The notes: generated by a model from the sequence alone, not told the origin. A stretch of DNA of 62,115 nucleotides, filler included, from 13 parts of 13 records of this genome joined end to end with filler, not necessarily neighbours in it, one strand, 5' to 3'. Shown: positions 1 through 11,235, counted from the whole stretch's first letter. Program-made: numbers and translations.

Positions 1-137
1 TCGGCCGACACCATCGCCTGCCCGCCCCCCTCTCAGGCCCGCGGCCGGACAACTCAGGGGAGCCCGGCTCCATACCAGTAGGACTACGCTTCCGTTGTTA
101 TTTCCCAAGAACTCGCCGGACAGGCCGTGGGGAGCAC

Positions 138-1280
138 ATGCAGGCTGGTCTGCTCGTGCCGCTGCTGCTGCTGCAGGCCGCCCCGGCGGGAGCCCGATCG
201 CTGCCCACCGGCAAGCTGATTGTCGGGTACGCATTCTGCGGGAGCGAGGGGCAGAAGCAGGCCAGCCTACTCGCGGCCGAGCGAGGCGTGAACGTTCTCA
301 TCTGGTTTTCCACCAACCTGGCCTGGGAGCAGCCCGGCCCACTGCCCCAGCCGGCCGTCACCGGCGGCCCCAACCACACGTGTGTGGCCCAAGTCGCCCG
401 CGAGCTGCGCCAGCGAGGCCTACCGACCGCGCACATGGTGAGCGTGGGCGGCTGGGACGCCCCGCACCCGGATACTCGGTGGAGCGGGGCGCAGTGGAGC
501 CAGGTGTGGCAGGAGTGGAACCGGAGGCAGGTGGCGGTGCCGGAGCTCGGATTCGAAGGGTACGATGGCCTGGACTGGGACTTGGAGGGCAACGATAGGC
601 TCGATTCGCCGTGGAACCACTTCTCGCTGAGCGGCATGCGGCTGGTCGGCGATATGTCAGTAGCGCTCAAGCGGGCCGGCTATTTGGTCAGTCTTGTCCC
701 ACCGCAGTCGTATTTGGATGTGCAGACCTCGCGGTTCGATCGGAGCCTGCTGCATAACTATCCTGAGTTCGAGCCACAGTTCGGATATCACGGCTGGAAC
801 CCCTACGCTCTCTGGCTGAGCAAGTACGCCCAAGCGTCTCCAGGAGTGGCCACTTTCGACTTTGTGGACGTGCAGTTGTATGAGACGTTCTCACGGGCCG
901 CTGAAGCAATCGAGCAAGCCGGGATGCCCCCAGCTGACTACCTGGTGAAATGGACCAAGGCAATTCAGGCAGGATGGTGGGTCGACTTTGGAAGCGACCC
1001 TGGGCTGGACTGGCCCAGCCAGAATGTGTCGGTGCCTGCTAGCCAGCTCGTGGTTGGGTTTAGTCATGGCAGCGCCCAACCGCCCCACGGCAAGAGCATT
1101 TACATCGATCCTACAGAAATTGCGATTGCGTGGTCGCAGCTTGGAGAGAATGAGCGACCGCGTGGCTTCATGTTTTGGAACTGTAATAACGATGGCGGGC
1201 CGGCCTGGCTGCCCAACGGAACCGTGCTGAACGTGAGTTTCGCCGATAGTTTCAACCGTATCTTAAGTGTGCGCCGTTGA
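138..1280 (+). CDS. Secreted glycoside hydrolase family 18 (chitinase-like) protein, 380 aa, intronless
   Basis: N-terminal signal peptide (MQAGLLVPLLLLQAAPAGA); VSVGGW motif; catalytic DxxDxDxE motif (YDGLDWDLE); FDFVDVQLYE; C-terminal RGFMFW typical of the GH18 TIM barrel. Confidence 0.85.
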   Translation: MQAGLLVPLLLLQAAPAGARSLPTGKLIVGYAFCGSEGQKQASLLAAERGVNVLIWFSTNLAWEQPGPLPQPAVTGGPNHTCVAQVARELRQRGLPTAHMVSVGGWDAPHPDTRWSGAQWSQVWQEWNRRQVAVPELGFEGYDGLDWDLEGNDRLDSPWNHFSLSGMRLVGDMSVALKRAGYLVSLVPPQSYLDVQTSRFDRSLLHNYPEFEPQFGYHGWNPYALWLSKYAQASPGVATFDFVDVQLYETFSRAAEAIEQAGMPPADYLVKWTKAIQAGWWVDFGSDPGLDWPSQNVSVPASQLVVGFSHGSAQPPHGKSIYIDPTEIAIAWSQLGENERPRGFMFWNCNNDGGPAWLPNGTVLNVSFADSFNRILSVRR

Positions 1281-1401
1281 GTTTGTACAAATCAAGCAGC
1301 CCATGGCCACCGATCCCGGCCGTCGGAACTGATTATCGGTGCACCCGGCACTTTACTAAACCAACTTATATAATTACTTATAATTACGGCTCTTCTCGCA
1401 T

Positions 1402-3018
1402 TTACTCGAGCTCGGCTCGGTGGAGCTTGTCCAGATGCGCATCGAACCAATAGTTCAAGATCATGTTCCGCCCAGCCCCGGCAGTCACCCCATGCCACCA
1501 GAGCACAGGCAAGTACAGGATTTCGCCGGCCGTGATACTAACTTCGATAGGTCGGACGCGCTCGAATAGCGGATACCTATCCTTGAGCCCGTGCTGCCCC
1601 CGGTGTTATTAGGCGGATCTAGTTGCTGGGCACCATATCCTCTGACCATGCAGGGATGGCCGAGATCGACAGCCCGGGCGGCCGAGTGGGGTACATACTC
1701 TTGGAGTCGGACGGCGGGAACAGTTGGAAGTGCTTCTCTCCAAACACGCAAGCCACAAGGTTCTCGTGCGGATCGTAGTGCAGCGTCGAGGTATTGCGCC
1801 CCACCTGAACACGCATATATTATTATTATCTCGCCGGTTGGCACCCCAAAGTATGTGTACACTCCGGCCGGGATGATCTGTCCGAACGGGTCGGCCAGCT
1901 GGCTCCGGCGCGGGTCGGTCTCGGCTCGGTCCAAGTCCTCGTGGAGCTCGGGCAGGAACTCACGGAGCGGCAGCTTGCCCAGGTAGAAGTTGCAGCTCTG
2001 TTCGGCCCGGGCCATTTCTAAAAAGTCGTCAAAAGGCAGCTCGAGCACCTGTCGGACGTCAGTCTGGATTCAGACACATGGCAGCTGACCGGGTCGCTCA
2101 GGAAAATCGCCTTCCCGTCGGCATCGTAGTCCTTGCCCTTGACCTTGACTCGCCTGTGGCCGCACCGCCGGCGCAAGTACTCCTGTGAGGCCTGGTCAAC
2201 GCCGCTCTCAATCGGGGCACCAAGTCGCTGAAGTCGCGGAGTATAGCGCGGTCCATGCAGCCGGTGATGACCACTGGCTCATTCCGGAGCACGTATTCGC
2301 GCAGCTGGTCGGCTGAGGGCGAATCGAGCCGGGTGAGCTCTTTCTGCTCGTACTGGCGGGTCCAGAGATGCTGGGGCAGCCCCATTGAAGCATAGTTGCA
2401 GAAGACTTTAATCACAGCCACCGAACTCCCCTCGCGTATCAGTTCCTCCAAGAACTCCCTCTGCCATCCGGCCGCAAAATGCCCACTAAACGCTTTCATC
2501 CGGTCCGGCCCGGACATCTTGGCAGTGAGCTGGTCAAACGACTGGTGCGTCTCCCACAACTGGTCGTTGATGTGCTCGTGCGTGCGCTGCGCCAGCGGCG
2601 GCAACCCGAGCAGCTCGCATGCCTGGTCGGCTAGTGCTCTGACTTGAGGCTCGGTCCGGCGCATGATGCAGTGGAGCACCGCCTGCTTCATGTTTTCCAC
2701 CCCTGCGGGAGACGCAGCGAACCCATGCCGCTCAAGCACCGGGTATTGCACCCCGGCCACCACCGCCCCGAACTTTGCCATCGAGAACCCGCTCGTTGCC
2801 CTGCCGCCGCTGCTGGCCCGGGCCCACCGCCAGCCGCACCGGCTCTGCGCGAGCAGCTGCTGGAAGCTCGGCCCACTGTAAGCCTCCACCAGCTCGACCA
2901 GCATGGCCACCAGCTGCTTGTCCGGCCGCCGGTGCGGGGGCGCCACCTCGGCCTGCGCCCCACTGAGCGGCCGCCGGCCGGGCTGCGCGCCGTGACGCGC
3001 AGGTTGGCCGGCTTGATG
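1402..3018 (-). CDS. JmjC (cupin_8-like) 2OG/Fe hydroxylase with an N-terminal Protein-C10-like helical domain; several short introns; 5' end truncated by the contig end
   Basis: Splicing out ~38-41 nt introns joins NEPVVITG ... TLHYDPHENLVACVFGEKHFQLFPP ... AGEILYLPVLWWHGV ... NMILNYWF. The HxD...H metal triad is present. Stop TAA at 1402-1404. Confidence 0.85.
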
Positions 3019-3118
3019 NNNNNNNNNNNNNNNNNNNNNNNNNNNNNNNNNNNNNNNNNNNNTTAATTAATTAANNNNNNNNNNNNNNNNNNNNNNNNNN
3101 NNNNNNNNNNNNNNNNNN
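3019..3118. other. Artificial contig-joining linker (44 N + TTAATTAATTAA + 44 N)
   Basis: The same 100-nt six-frame-stop spacer recurs at 7234, 17121, 21651, 25240, 31260, 35310, 39190, 42776, 47155, 52075 and 58347. Genes are cut at these points. Confidence 0.98.
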
Positions 3119-3215
3119 TCCGCTAGAGGTGGAGGCGGAGGGCCGGGAGGGCGTGTTCTATGTCAACGCGGGCAAGACCGAGATGGTCCACGGCACGCAT
3201 GTGCGCACCCTGTGA
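3119..3215 (+). CDS. 3' fragment of an unknown gene (…LEVEAEGREGVFYVNAGKTEMVHGTHVRTL*)
   Basis: GC3-rich open frame from the contig start to TGA at 3213-3215, followed by AT-rich UTR-like sequence. Confidence 0.4.
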
Positions 3216-3365
3216 GCCTCGGGTCGCGCTGAGGATCCTTGCAATGGCAAGCATACTAAGGCCTGTAAAGCTTCATGTGACGCATAAACACATAAACGCA
3301 ACATAAAGCTTGATAGGCTAGGTACATGTAATAAGTAGTAGATCGTGCAATGCGGCCTTATGGCA

Positions 3366-4211
3366 TCAAAACTCTACAAAGGCTGTGACGAAAGTCCAAG
3401 TCGCAAAGCAGGCCACAATAGCCCACAACGGCACTCTCTCTAGAAGCCAGACCACAGGCTTAAAGAAGGTGGCCCCCTTGCAGAACAAAACCACCAGCAC
3501 ACTGCCCAAAAGCACCCCGATTGCCAGCTGGACTGGCCGGAAGGTGTCGGACAGCAGCAACCCAAAGAAAACGCAGAAATCGTCTAGTGATCCGAGCAGC
3601 GCCACTGTCACGAGGGAAAGGGTACTTGGCTCGTCCACAGGCTCCTCGGCCGCCGCCTCGGGCCCGCGATGCTCTTCAGCCTCCGTGGCACCACGAAGCG
3701 CCGCCTGGTGCGCCTCCGTCCAGGCGCCCTGCCCACCGCCGCCCGGTCGCATCCGACGCCGCAGCCCATCGTCCTCTGGCGTCGCCGATTCGCTGCCGGC
3801 CCCGGTGCCAGCCCCCGTGGCGGCGTCGCTCAGCCCGGCCGGGTTGGCCTCCTGGTCTGCCGGCTCCTCACGCGGCTCCTCCTCGAGACCGGTCCACCAA
3901 TCGTAAAACAGGTAGCCAGCGTAGAGCGCCAGCAGCCCTCCAGAGGCCAGCGAGAGCACTCTCTGCGTGTTCCAGTAGCCTTGGTCCGACACCAGTGACT
4001 GGACCGCCTTCCGGCCGCCGATGCCCACCGCGATCGCAAGCCCTACCACGGCCTGCATCAGAGCCAGGTAGAGTGCACCGTTGATCAGCTGCTTGCGCAG
4101 GGTCCGGGCATTCATGTACGGGAGGAGCCAGGCCACGTCATCGACCGAGGATGACAGCTTGGTCACTGTCGCCAGCCCGCACAACAGCGCCCACTCGCCC
4201 GCGCCCACCAT
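3366..4211 (-). CDS. LysE-superfamily multi-pass membrane protein, CadD/MntP-like putative divalent-metal transporter; intronless
   Basis: Two 3-TM halves separated by an acidic loop. Each half has a S-x-D-D motif in its first helix (SSSVDDVAWLLP; LGSLDDFCVFFG), like the IDD/GxDN motifs of CadD and the SxDA motifs of MntP. Probable ATG at 4211; an upstream in-frame ATG exists at 4271. Confidence 0.6.
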   Translation of the reverse strand: MVGAGEWALLCGLATVTKLSSSVDDVAWLLPYMNARTLRKQLINGALYLALMQAVVGLAIAVGIGGRKAVQSLVSDQGYWNTQRVLSLASGGLLALYAGYLFYDWWTGLEEEPREEPADQEANPAGLSDAATGAGTGAGSESATPEDDGLRRRMRPGGGGQGAWTEAHQAALRGATEAEEHRGPEAAAEEPVDEPSTLSLVTVALLGSLDDFCVFFGLLLSDTFRPVQLAIGVLLGSVLVVLFCKGATFFKPVVWLLERVPLWAIVACFATWTFVTAFVEF

Positions 4212-4295
4212 TGCTCTCCGGCCCGGTGGCTTTCGGTGGGCCTCTCCGGCCGCGGTTTCTATCCGGTTCATAACGGAAATTTTCGAGTGCCATCC
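4212..4295. promoter_or_regulatory. Putative 84-bp bidirectional promoter between the CadD-like and PLAC8 genes
   Basis: Head-to-head ATGs at 4211 (-) and 4296 (+). Contains TAACGG at 4271-4276. Confidence 0.5.
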
Positions 4296-5153
4296 ATGGT
4301 CTTCTGCTGTTTCTCAGACGAGCCGCTGGGCCCGGATGAGCGGCACGGGAGCTACCCGGGCGGGGGCGAGTTCTGGCGCAGCCCGCCGGGACACAAATCG
4401 TTCCAGGTCCGAATGATGGACGCGCCGTGCAAGGAGCCGTGCTGCTGCTGCGTCACTTGCATCACTGCCACCTACGGCACCAGCTGGTGTCTCCGGCGGG
4501 AGGTGCTCAAGGTGGACCACCCGGCCGACGCGACCGCGAGTTTCTGGACCAAATATCGTTGCTGCCAGGGCCACGCGCCATGCTGCAACTCGTGCTTGGA
4601 GGGATGCGTCTGCTGCTCTGGAGACGGCCGGTGCTGCTGCATGTGCCTCGAATGCTTGCTCTGCCCCGGGCTGGCAATCAGCGCCACCCGGGTGCATCTG
4701 ATGATCGCGGACGAGCTGCTCCCGGACCCAACGGACTTCCAGATCATGCGGTTCAACAACTGTATCCAGTGCCTGGCCTGCATCTGTGACACGCTCGCTA
4801 TCTGCGTCCGGGACCTTCGACACGTTGCGCGACTGGTCGACCTGTTCGCGCACATCGTGTTCATGTGCACGGCGGGCTGCATGGCCGCCCAGATACACCA
4901 CGAAGTGAAACATGTTGCCCGCACCCTCGAGGCCGAGGATAGAGAAGCCGCTCTGATCAAGCCTGTCGAGCATTCGAGCATGGACGGCCCCGCCCCGCCC
5001 CCGGCCTACATCGCCCCGGAGGGCCCGGACTATGGCATGATTGCGCCACCGCCGCTGCCGCCCCCGCCGCCGGCTGCAGAAGATAAGAGCAACTGGGGCC
5101 AGCCACCGGGGGCTCAAGGTCACCCGGCAGCTAGGCCGGGGATGCAAGCTTGA
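4296..5153 (+). CDS. Cysteine-rich PLAC8-family membrane protein with a Pro-rich C-terminal tail; intronless
   Basis: APCKEPCCCCVTC, LRREVL…KYRCCQG…CMCLECLLCPGLAISATR…DPTD…CIQCLACIC…GCMAAQIHHE matches the plant/algal PLAC8 pattern. Confidence 0.75.
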   Translation: MVFCCFSDEPLGPDERHGSYPGGGEFWRSPPGHKSFQVRMMDAPCKEPCCCCVTCITATYGTSWCLRREVLKVDHPADATASFWTKYRCCQGHAPCCNSCLEGCVCCSGDGRCCCMCLECLLCPGLAISATRVHLMIADELLPDPTDFQIMRFNNCIQCLACICDTLAICVRDLRHVARLVDLFAHIVFMCTAGCMAAQIHHEVKHVARTLEAEDREAALIKPVEHSSMDGPAPPPAYIAPEGPDYGMIAPPPLPPPPPAAEDKSNWGQPPGAQGHPAARPGMQA

Positions 5154-5401
5154 GATCTAGACATTGCTATAAGTACTCGTATGGCAGCAGTGTCTCAATT
5201 CAGCTTTTAATAATACAGTTCATTTCATAAAGATCACTAGTACTTACTCGCGAACAGATCGCGGATAGTTCAGAGTATGTACCTGCCAGTACAGCACCGG
5301 GTCGTAAACATCGTTCAACTGCCATCTGGAAACTGCCGAGGCCGGTGCCGGCTCAGGAACGCGGCCGCGTATGTCGCGGGGTCCTTGGTAGCACTGCCAG
5401 C

Positions 5402-6835
5402 ATGTCGGGGCCGCTCTCCTGGGCCTTGCGTTCGTTCGTCACTGGGGGTGTGGTGCGGCGGGGCTCGGTGCCGGTGACAGTGCTCTCGGGCTTCCTCGGG
5501 GCGGGGAAGACCACTCTGGTAAACCACATCCTGACAGACAAGCAGCACGCGCAGCGGGTGGCTGTGCTGGTCAACGATATGGCCGAGATCAACATCGACG
5601 CCGACCTGCTGCGCGACGCCGACAAGCAGGGCATGGTCCAGCTGGAAAACGGCTGTATCTGCTGCACCCTGCGAGAAGATCTGGTGATCGAATTGGCCGC
5701 ACTAGCCCGGCAGGGGGGGCTGGACCACATCGTCGTGGAGAGCACCGGTGTCTCCGAGCCGCACCCGGTCGCCCAAACCTTTTCCATGCCCATCGCCGAG
5801 CTACGCGATGCGGTGATGGCGCAAGGCCAAACAGACGGCCAGGACAAGGCAGCCGCGCTGGCAGCGGCCACCGCCGGGCTGGGCTCGCTCCAGGAGGCGG
5901 CTCACTTGCACAGCCTAGTGACGGTGGTGGACTGCGCTTCGTTTATGGAGCACGTACACTCGATCGAGAATCTGGAAGAATTAGGGATGGCCTCGATGCA
6001 GGGCGACACGAGGCCGCTCTCGCTGCTGCTAATGGAGCAGGTACAGTTTGCCAATCTGCTCCTACTGAACAAAACCGACCTAGTCACGCTGAAAGAGCGC
6101 CAAAAGGTAGAGCAGCTTTTGAGGCTTCTAAATCCGAGCGCGAGGGTTGTCCCAACCCGGAATTGTGAGGTCGACGCCTCAGCTCTTCTGGCTCAGCGAG
6201 CTTACAACGAGAAACAGTTCAGCTCGCTGCCGGCCTGGGAGGCTGAACTGTCCAAGGGTGAGCACTCGGAGGTGGAGGAATACGGAATCAAGCACTTTAC
6301 ACTCCGAGAGCTCGGCAGGCCGCTGCACGCGGAGAGATTTTACGAGGTTCTGAGGGACGATAAGTTGTTTTCCGGGGTGTTGCGTGCCAAAGGTTGCTTC
6401 TGGACGCGAGAGGATCCAAACAGCCGTGTAGAGTACTCGCACGTTGGCCACACCAGCGACTTAATAGTGAGCCAGATGTGGGCGCAGGCTGGGTTGGACT
6501 TGTTGAGTGACTGGGCGCGGCTGAAGGGATCGCCTTCGGTAGAAGAGGCAGCTTATATTGAGCAGGCAATCGAGCGCTTCACGGGGGAGGCCGATCGTCT
6601 GAGGGACGCACAACTGTGGGACGAGGTGACTCACGATCGGCGGGTGGAGCTAGTCTTCATCGGTGACCAGAGCATGCAGGAAGATAAGATAAGACAGCGG
6701 GTGGAGGCTGCGATGCTGACGGACGATGAGTTTGATACGTTCCTGGACTCTTGGGAAGCTCGGAGTTGCCCGCAGAGCCCAGTTGAGGAGGTCGGGAACC
6801 CATTTGTCAGCGTTCCTCGATGTGTGTCTATTTAA
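5402..6835 (+). CDS. COG0523/CobW-family G3E GTPase (Zn metallochaperone, YciC/ZigA-like); intronless
   Basis: Walker A GFLGAGKTT, VLVNDMAEINID, GCICC metal motif, VVESTG, NKTD, EEYGI, LRAKGxFW and DRRVELVFIG (CobW_C). Confidence 0.95.
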   Translation: MSGPLSWALRSFVTGGVVRRGSVPVTVLSGFLGAGKTTLVNHILTDKQHAQRVAVLVNDMAEINIDADLLRDADKQGMVQLENGCICCTLREDLVIELAALARQGGLDHIVVESTGVSEPHPVAQTFSMPIAELRDAVMAQGQTDGQDKAAALAAATAGLGSLQEAAHLHSLVTVVDCASFMEHVHSIENLEELGMASMQGDTRPLSLLLMEQVQFANLLLLNKTDLVTLKERQKVEQLLRLLNPSARVVPTRNCEVDASALLAQRAYNEKQFSSLPAWEAELSKGEHSEVEEYGIKHFTLRELGRPLHAERFYEVLRDDKLFSGVLRAKGCFWTREDPNSRVEYSHVGHTSDLIVSQMWAQAGLDLLSDWARLKGSPSVEEAAYIEQAIERFTGEADRLRDAQLWDEVTHDRRVELVFIGDQSMQEDKIRQRVEAAMLTDDEFDTFLDSWEARSCPQSPVEEVGNPFVSVPRCVSI

Positions 6836-7333
6836 CTCATTGCCTATTGTCCCGGTGCTCGTTCGAAAGCCAAGGAAAGTGTTAAGTGTTAGTGTAAGAC
6901 ATTCATGACCAGTACAATTCTGTGCACGTGCCTATTGCGTGTGCATGCCTAGCGAGTAAATTAATACATGTATAAAGTCAGAGACATAGTGACTTTACAA
7001 TTAGCATGATTTTAATCAATCAAAAGTGAGGTACATGTAGCCTCGCAGCTAGCGCTTGAAGGCAATAAATCTATTAGAGGTTCCAAGCAATCCCCAATGA
7101 TGACCGAACTTGAGCTCTTGAAGCCAACTATCTTACAACTTACTTAATACCGTGATTGAACTTTACATTGAACTATCTAACCAATACTACTGTAGTTACT
7201 GTCATTAGCGTCAGCTAACCACGTGACTGAGCTNNNNNNNNNNNNNNNNNNNNNNNNNNNNNNNNNNNNNNNNNNNNTTAATTAATTAANNNNNNNNNNN
7301 NNNNNNNNNNNNNNNNNNNNNNNNNNNNNNNNN

Positions 7334-10300
7334 ACGTCTTTCGAGTGCTCGCTCTTGCGCCGCGATCGTGACTGGCTATGCTTCTCCTTATCAATTCGTT
7401 TGTCGGTTTTACTGGATTTCTGGCTCTCAAATACATTCGTGCTTCCTTTGGTAACTTTAGCCGTCTTCCCGTTCAACAAGGCCGGGACCCGTTCAGCCGC
7501 AAACGACGACGGCTCCTTGCTCGATTTGCGCTTTGATTTGCGCTTGCTTGCTGTAGATGCCTCTGAACGCTTTGAGCCTCGAGGTCTGGGCTTGTCCTGC
7601 TCTTGCAGGCTGGACAACGCAATTCCTGGAGATTGCTCGTGATCCATCGTACTGAACCAACTCTTGTTACGCCTCTCGACATCGGTGTCTCGCTTGAGCC
7701 GTCGCTGCTCTTGAAGGTGGGCATACATCGAGCCCTCGACAACCACTTTGGGGGGTCTGGGTTCTAGTTTGGGTTCAGGGTCCTTCTTTTCAACATTTAG
7801 ATCCATGATAACAATGTCATTCAGTGCATTTACCTCAACAATGATGTCATCCTTGAGGACCTCCTCGATTTTGGGGACTTCCGCTTCTTGCTCTTCTTGG
7901 TGTCCTTTTACTGAGGGCTCTGCTGTCGACCTATCGCTCTTGTTGTATTCATACTCATATTGGTCGAGATCATCGCCATCAAAAGCCTTTGTGTGCGTTG
8001 ACCTGAGGCTGATCTGGCTCCAAAGGCGATCCGAAAATGGCTGCTTGGCAGAACCTGTGTAAACAGTATCCACGCCAAGCTTGGAGCACCAGAGCATCAC
8101 TTGTTTCAGGAAGAGGACGATCAGCGTTGTGATCGAGCACAGGACGACATAGATCCACTTAGCTGCAGTTGTGAATTGCAAGTCGATGATGATGAAAAAA
8201 GTCGATCCCCACATGATGATTACACAAAACTTGACCAGAACCTGAGTGGTGAGCTGGCACAGTACAGAAGTGGCGAGGCAAATTGCGGGATCTTTGTTCT
8301 TTACGTGCTTCAAAGTGATGATGTTCAAGTATACGCTAGTCAGGCAGATAGGAATGAGAATTGGCACATTGATACCAAAACAGAAGCAGGTGCCGAGCAT
8401 TACAAACAGTTTTGAGATTTCCTCCATGGTCTCGAGCGCGACTGCATCAGGATCGCTGACATCAATATCATCTGCTTTGTCGTTTGATTCTTGCAATCTC
8501 TCAAGCTTCATCCTGCGCAGAGCTTTGCCAGCTTTAACGTCCACAGATTTGGTCTGCGATGCAAACATCCCTGAGGTCATCTCAAGAATACACCCGTAGC
8601 AATTCCTGATCGGTCCAGGTGAGGTCAGCAGTAGGGTGATACACGGAGATACGAGCCCCTGAATGATGAACACGGTGCACCAGACCGGCGCATAGAGTTG
8701 GAAGCACCTGCGCGAACAGACTCCGAACTTGTAGGCAGACGGACCTTTGTCTGCCATCGACCAGCTATCGAGTATATCATTTACCTCCTGGTCGAACACA
8801 AGATAGTACCTGAAACAGCCTTCATCCACAAGTATCGTGGCTACAATGGGCAGCACAACGCTGCTCAGAAAATAGTAGATGAACATGGTCCGAAGCTGAA
8901 TCCGGCACAGAGCAGGCTTATCGTCATCAAAGTCCCTGCCCATTTCACTGATGAACTTGGAGCTTGATGGAATCAGGGCCGAGTCGAACACGACCTTCAA
9001 GATGGCGACTATGAGAGGATTCCGCAGTAAGTACAATAGAGGACTATCAGCCGAAGGTATATTGTTTGCAACCACAAATCCGAAGCCTGGCAAGAAGACC
9101 GCAGCTGTCACAGCAACCTGAAGCAACCTACATAGTGTAATTCGCCAGAAGACGGTCCGTGCGAACCAGTCAGCCTCAATGCCGGCCCTCCAATTGTCAA
9201 TTGCTGTTTCCACAGGAGAACACTGCGACGTCAGTGTGTACAGGGTATTGAGCACAGATTTGCTTTGCTGACGGCGTGGGTCTGCCTCTAGCTTTGCTAT
9301 GCACCAGACGAGCACTGCAGTCATCAACACACAGCAGCTGCAATAGAACCATTCGAAAAGGTCCGAACGTTCGACCGAAGACACCATGATCTTGTTGAAC
9401 CAGTCCACGCAGGTGTAAACTGAATCTGTACTCAGATAGAGTACAATCAGGATCAGGGCAACCAGCGTGAGCGCACACAGCATCGGCAGTAAGTGTTTCG
9501 TTAGCCGAATTCGGATGTCCCTTTCTTGCTGGTATCGAAAGTTGACAGTAAAGTGTCCCCAGAGCTGCTCGAGGCACGACTCCTCGTCCAGAGGCTTCAT
9601 GGCGTACCATCCCACAACCAGCAGGTGCAAAACCAGCAGAGCAGGCACAGTGATGTACATCAACGTCTTGACCTCGTTGTTGCCATCAAACAGACCGTAT
9701 TCGCCCTCACGGATCTTATCCTTTTCGAGTATTCTCGGTGCGTCTTCCCCGAGTATCTGTGAGGCATCCGTGTATAGCAGCGGGTTACCTGCGAATGTGT
9801 AGGACAATGCATCCCATTTGCTCAGCCTCCCGTCGTTGGAGTTAAAGAACGGATTCGGTATCGGGGACGGCTCATCGGAACTTAGCCCCATCAGTAAAGT
9901 CTCTATGTATCGCACAAGCTCTCCGACGTCATACAGCACCTGGTCCCCAGCATTGGGCACGGTGCCCTCTGCCAGGCGGGGCGAGCTGTCGAGCGACGGC
10001 GCGGTGCATGAAAAATAGTTTGAGCTCATCACAAACGTGCGCAGCCTGGCGTTGTTGCTCATCGGAGGCACCTCACCCGTGAGTTGGTTACGAGCGAGCG
10101 AGATCGTGTAAAGAGTGTCTGCAAACGGCTCACGCGAGACAGTGCCGGAGAGCAGATTCTCGTGGAGCAGCAGCTGTTCAAGCTTGGTCATCGCTTGGAA
10201 CGAGCGCGGCAGGGTGCCGCTCAGCTTGTTGTCAGACATGCTCAGCCAACGCATCCCAGAGGCGTTTGCCCATAGCTCTGAGGCGATTGTGCCGCTCAGC

Positions 10301-11235
10301 TTGTTTGCCTGGAGCACGAGGCTGTTCAGTGAGCCAGCCCGTTCGAGAAACGAGCCCGGCACGGTTCCCGACACGAGGTTCTTGTCGATGGCCAGCGCCT
10401 GGAGCCGCCCAGGGACACCGAACGGCGGGAGCGTGCCCGAGACTCGATTGTTACTCAGCGTGAGGATGGTGTGGTTGTCTGTGAGCAGGGGAAGGGTGCC
10501 CGAGATCGCGTTGGAGTCGTATATCAGGCCCTTCAGCCCCCCCGGCATCGCAGGTATGGTCCCTGAAATCCTGTTGGTGGAGAGCGCTAGAAACTCTATC
10601 TTAGTATCCACAATCTGGGCTGGCACAGTGCCACTCAAGCTGTTGCGGTTCAGGATCAGCGCATTCAGGCTGGCGTGCGCATCCTGGAACAGAGGCGGCA
10701 GGTCCCCGCTCAGCCTGTTGTCGCGCAGATCGAGCAGCTCAAGCCCGGTCGCTCGGCCCAGCGAGTGGGGCAACGTGCCGGATAGCCCGCGCCCCTGCTG
10801 GCCCGAGCTGATCATCAGGCGCTTAATGTTCTCCATGTTGTCCGGCAGCTGCCCCCAGAAGTCGCATCCGAAGGTCGCAAACGACTCCATCGCCCCGGTG
10901 AACAGCGCCGAGGGCAGCGGGCCCCCGAGGAGCGGATTGTCATAGAGCTCGATCTCAGTGACAGTGCTGAACCCGCCGAAGTCGTCCGGGATGTACCCAG
11001 CCATCAGCTGGTCGTTGAGCACGATCCGGGCCGGCTCGGACTGGTTGTTGCACGAGATCCCGTGCCAGTCACAATAGCTGGCTGTGGAGAGCCAGTTTGT
11101 GCTGTTCCGCCAGGAGGGGCCCTGGGTGCGGTAGTACAGCCTGACCAGCCGGGCGCAATACTCGTCCGTCGTGTCCGGGCAGCCAGACACCGCACGGAGC
11201 GCGACTAGCAACCCGGCGGTCGCCAGCCAGCGCAT
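7334..11235 (-). CDS. Receptor-like protein: signal peptide + plant-type LRR ectodomain + ~10 TM helices + charged cytosolic tail; 3' truncated
   Basis: MRWLATAGLLVALRAVSGC; LRRNT cap (W…NW…YCDWHGISC); many LxxNxLSGTLP repeats; long hydrophobic multi-TM region; open frame runs into the N gap. Confidence 0.85.

Noticed and set aside
138-1280. Intronless genes (GH18, COG0523, G6PD-like, GMC) as bacterial contamination
   Set aside because: They share contigs with intron-containing or clearly eukaryotic genes, mostly show the same GC gradient and AT-rich UTRs, and lack operon structure. Older horizontal transfer is not excluded.
3063-3074. TTAATTAATTAA repeated 12 times as a possible biological repeat
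   Set aside because: Always flanked by exactly 44 N on each side; it is a synthetic six-frame-stop spacer.
6960-7040. TACATGTA and CTAG/AGATCT palindromes in AT-rich intergenic DNA (also 3322, 31979, 52240)
   Set aside because: Short and few; cannot be told apart from compositional background without genome-wide counts.
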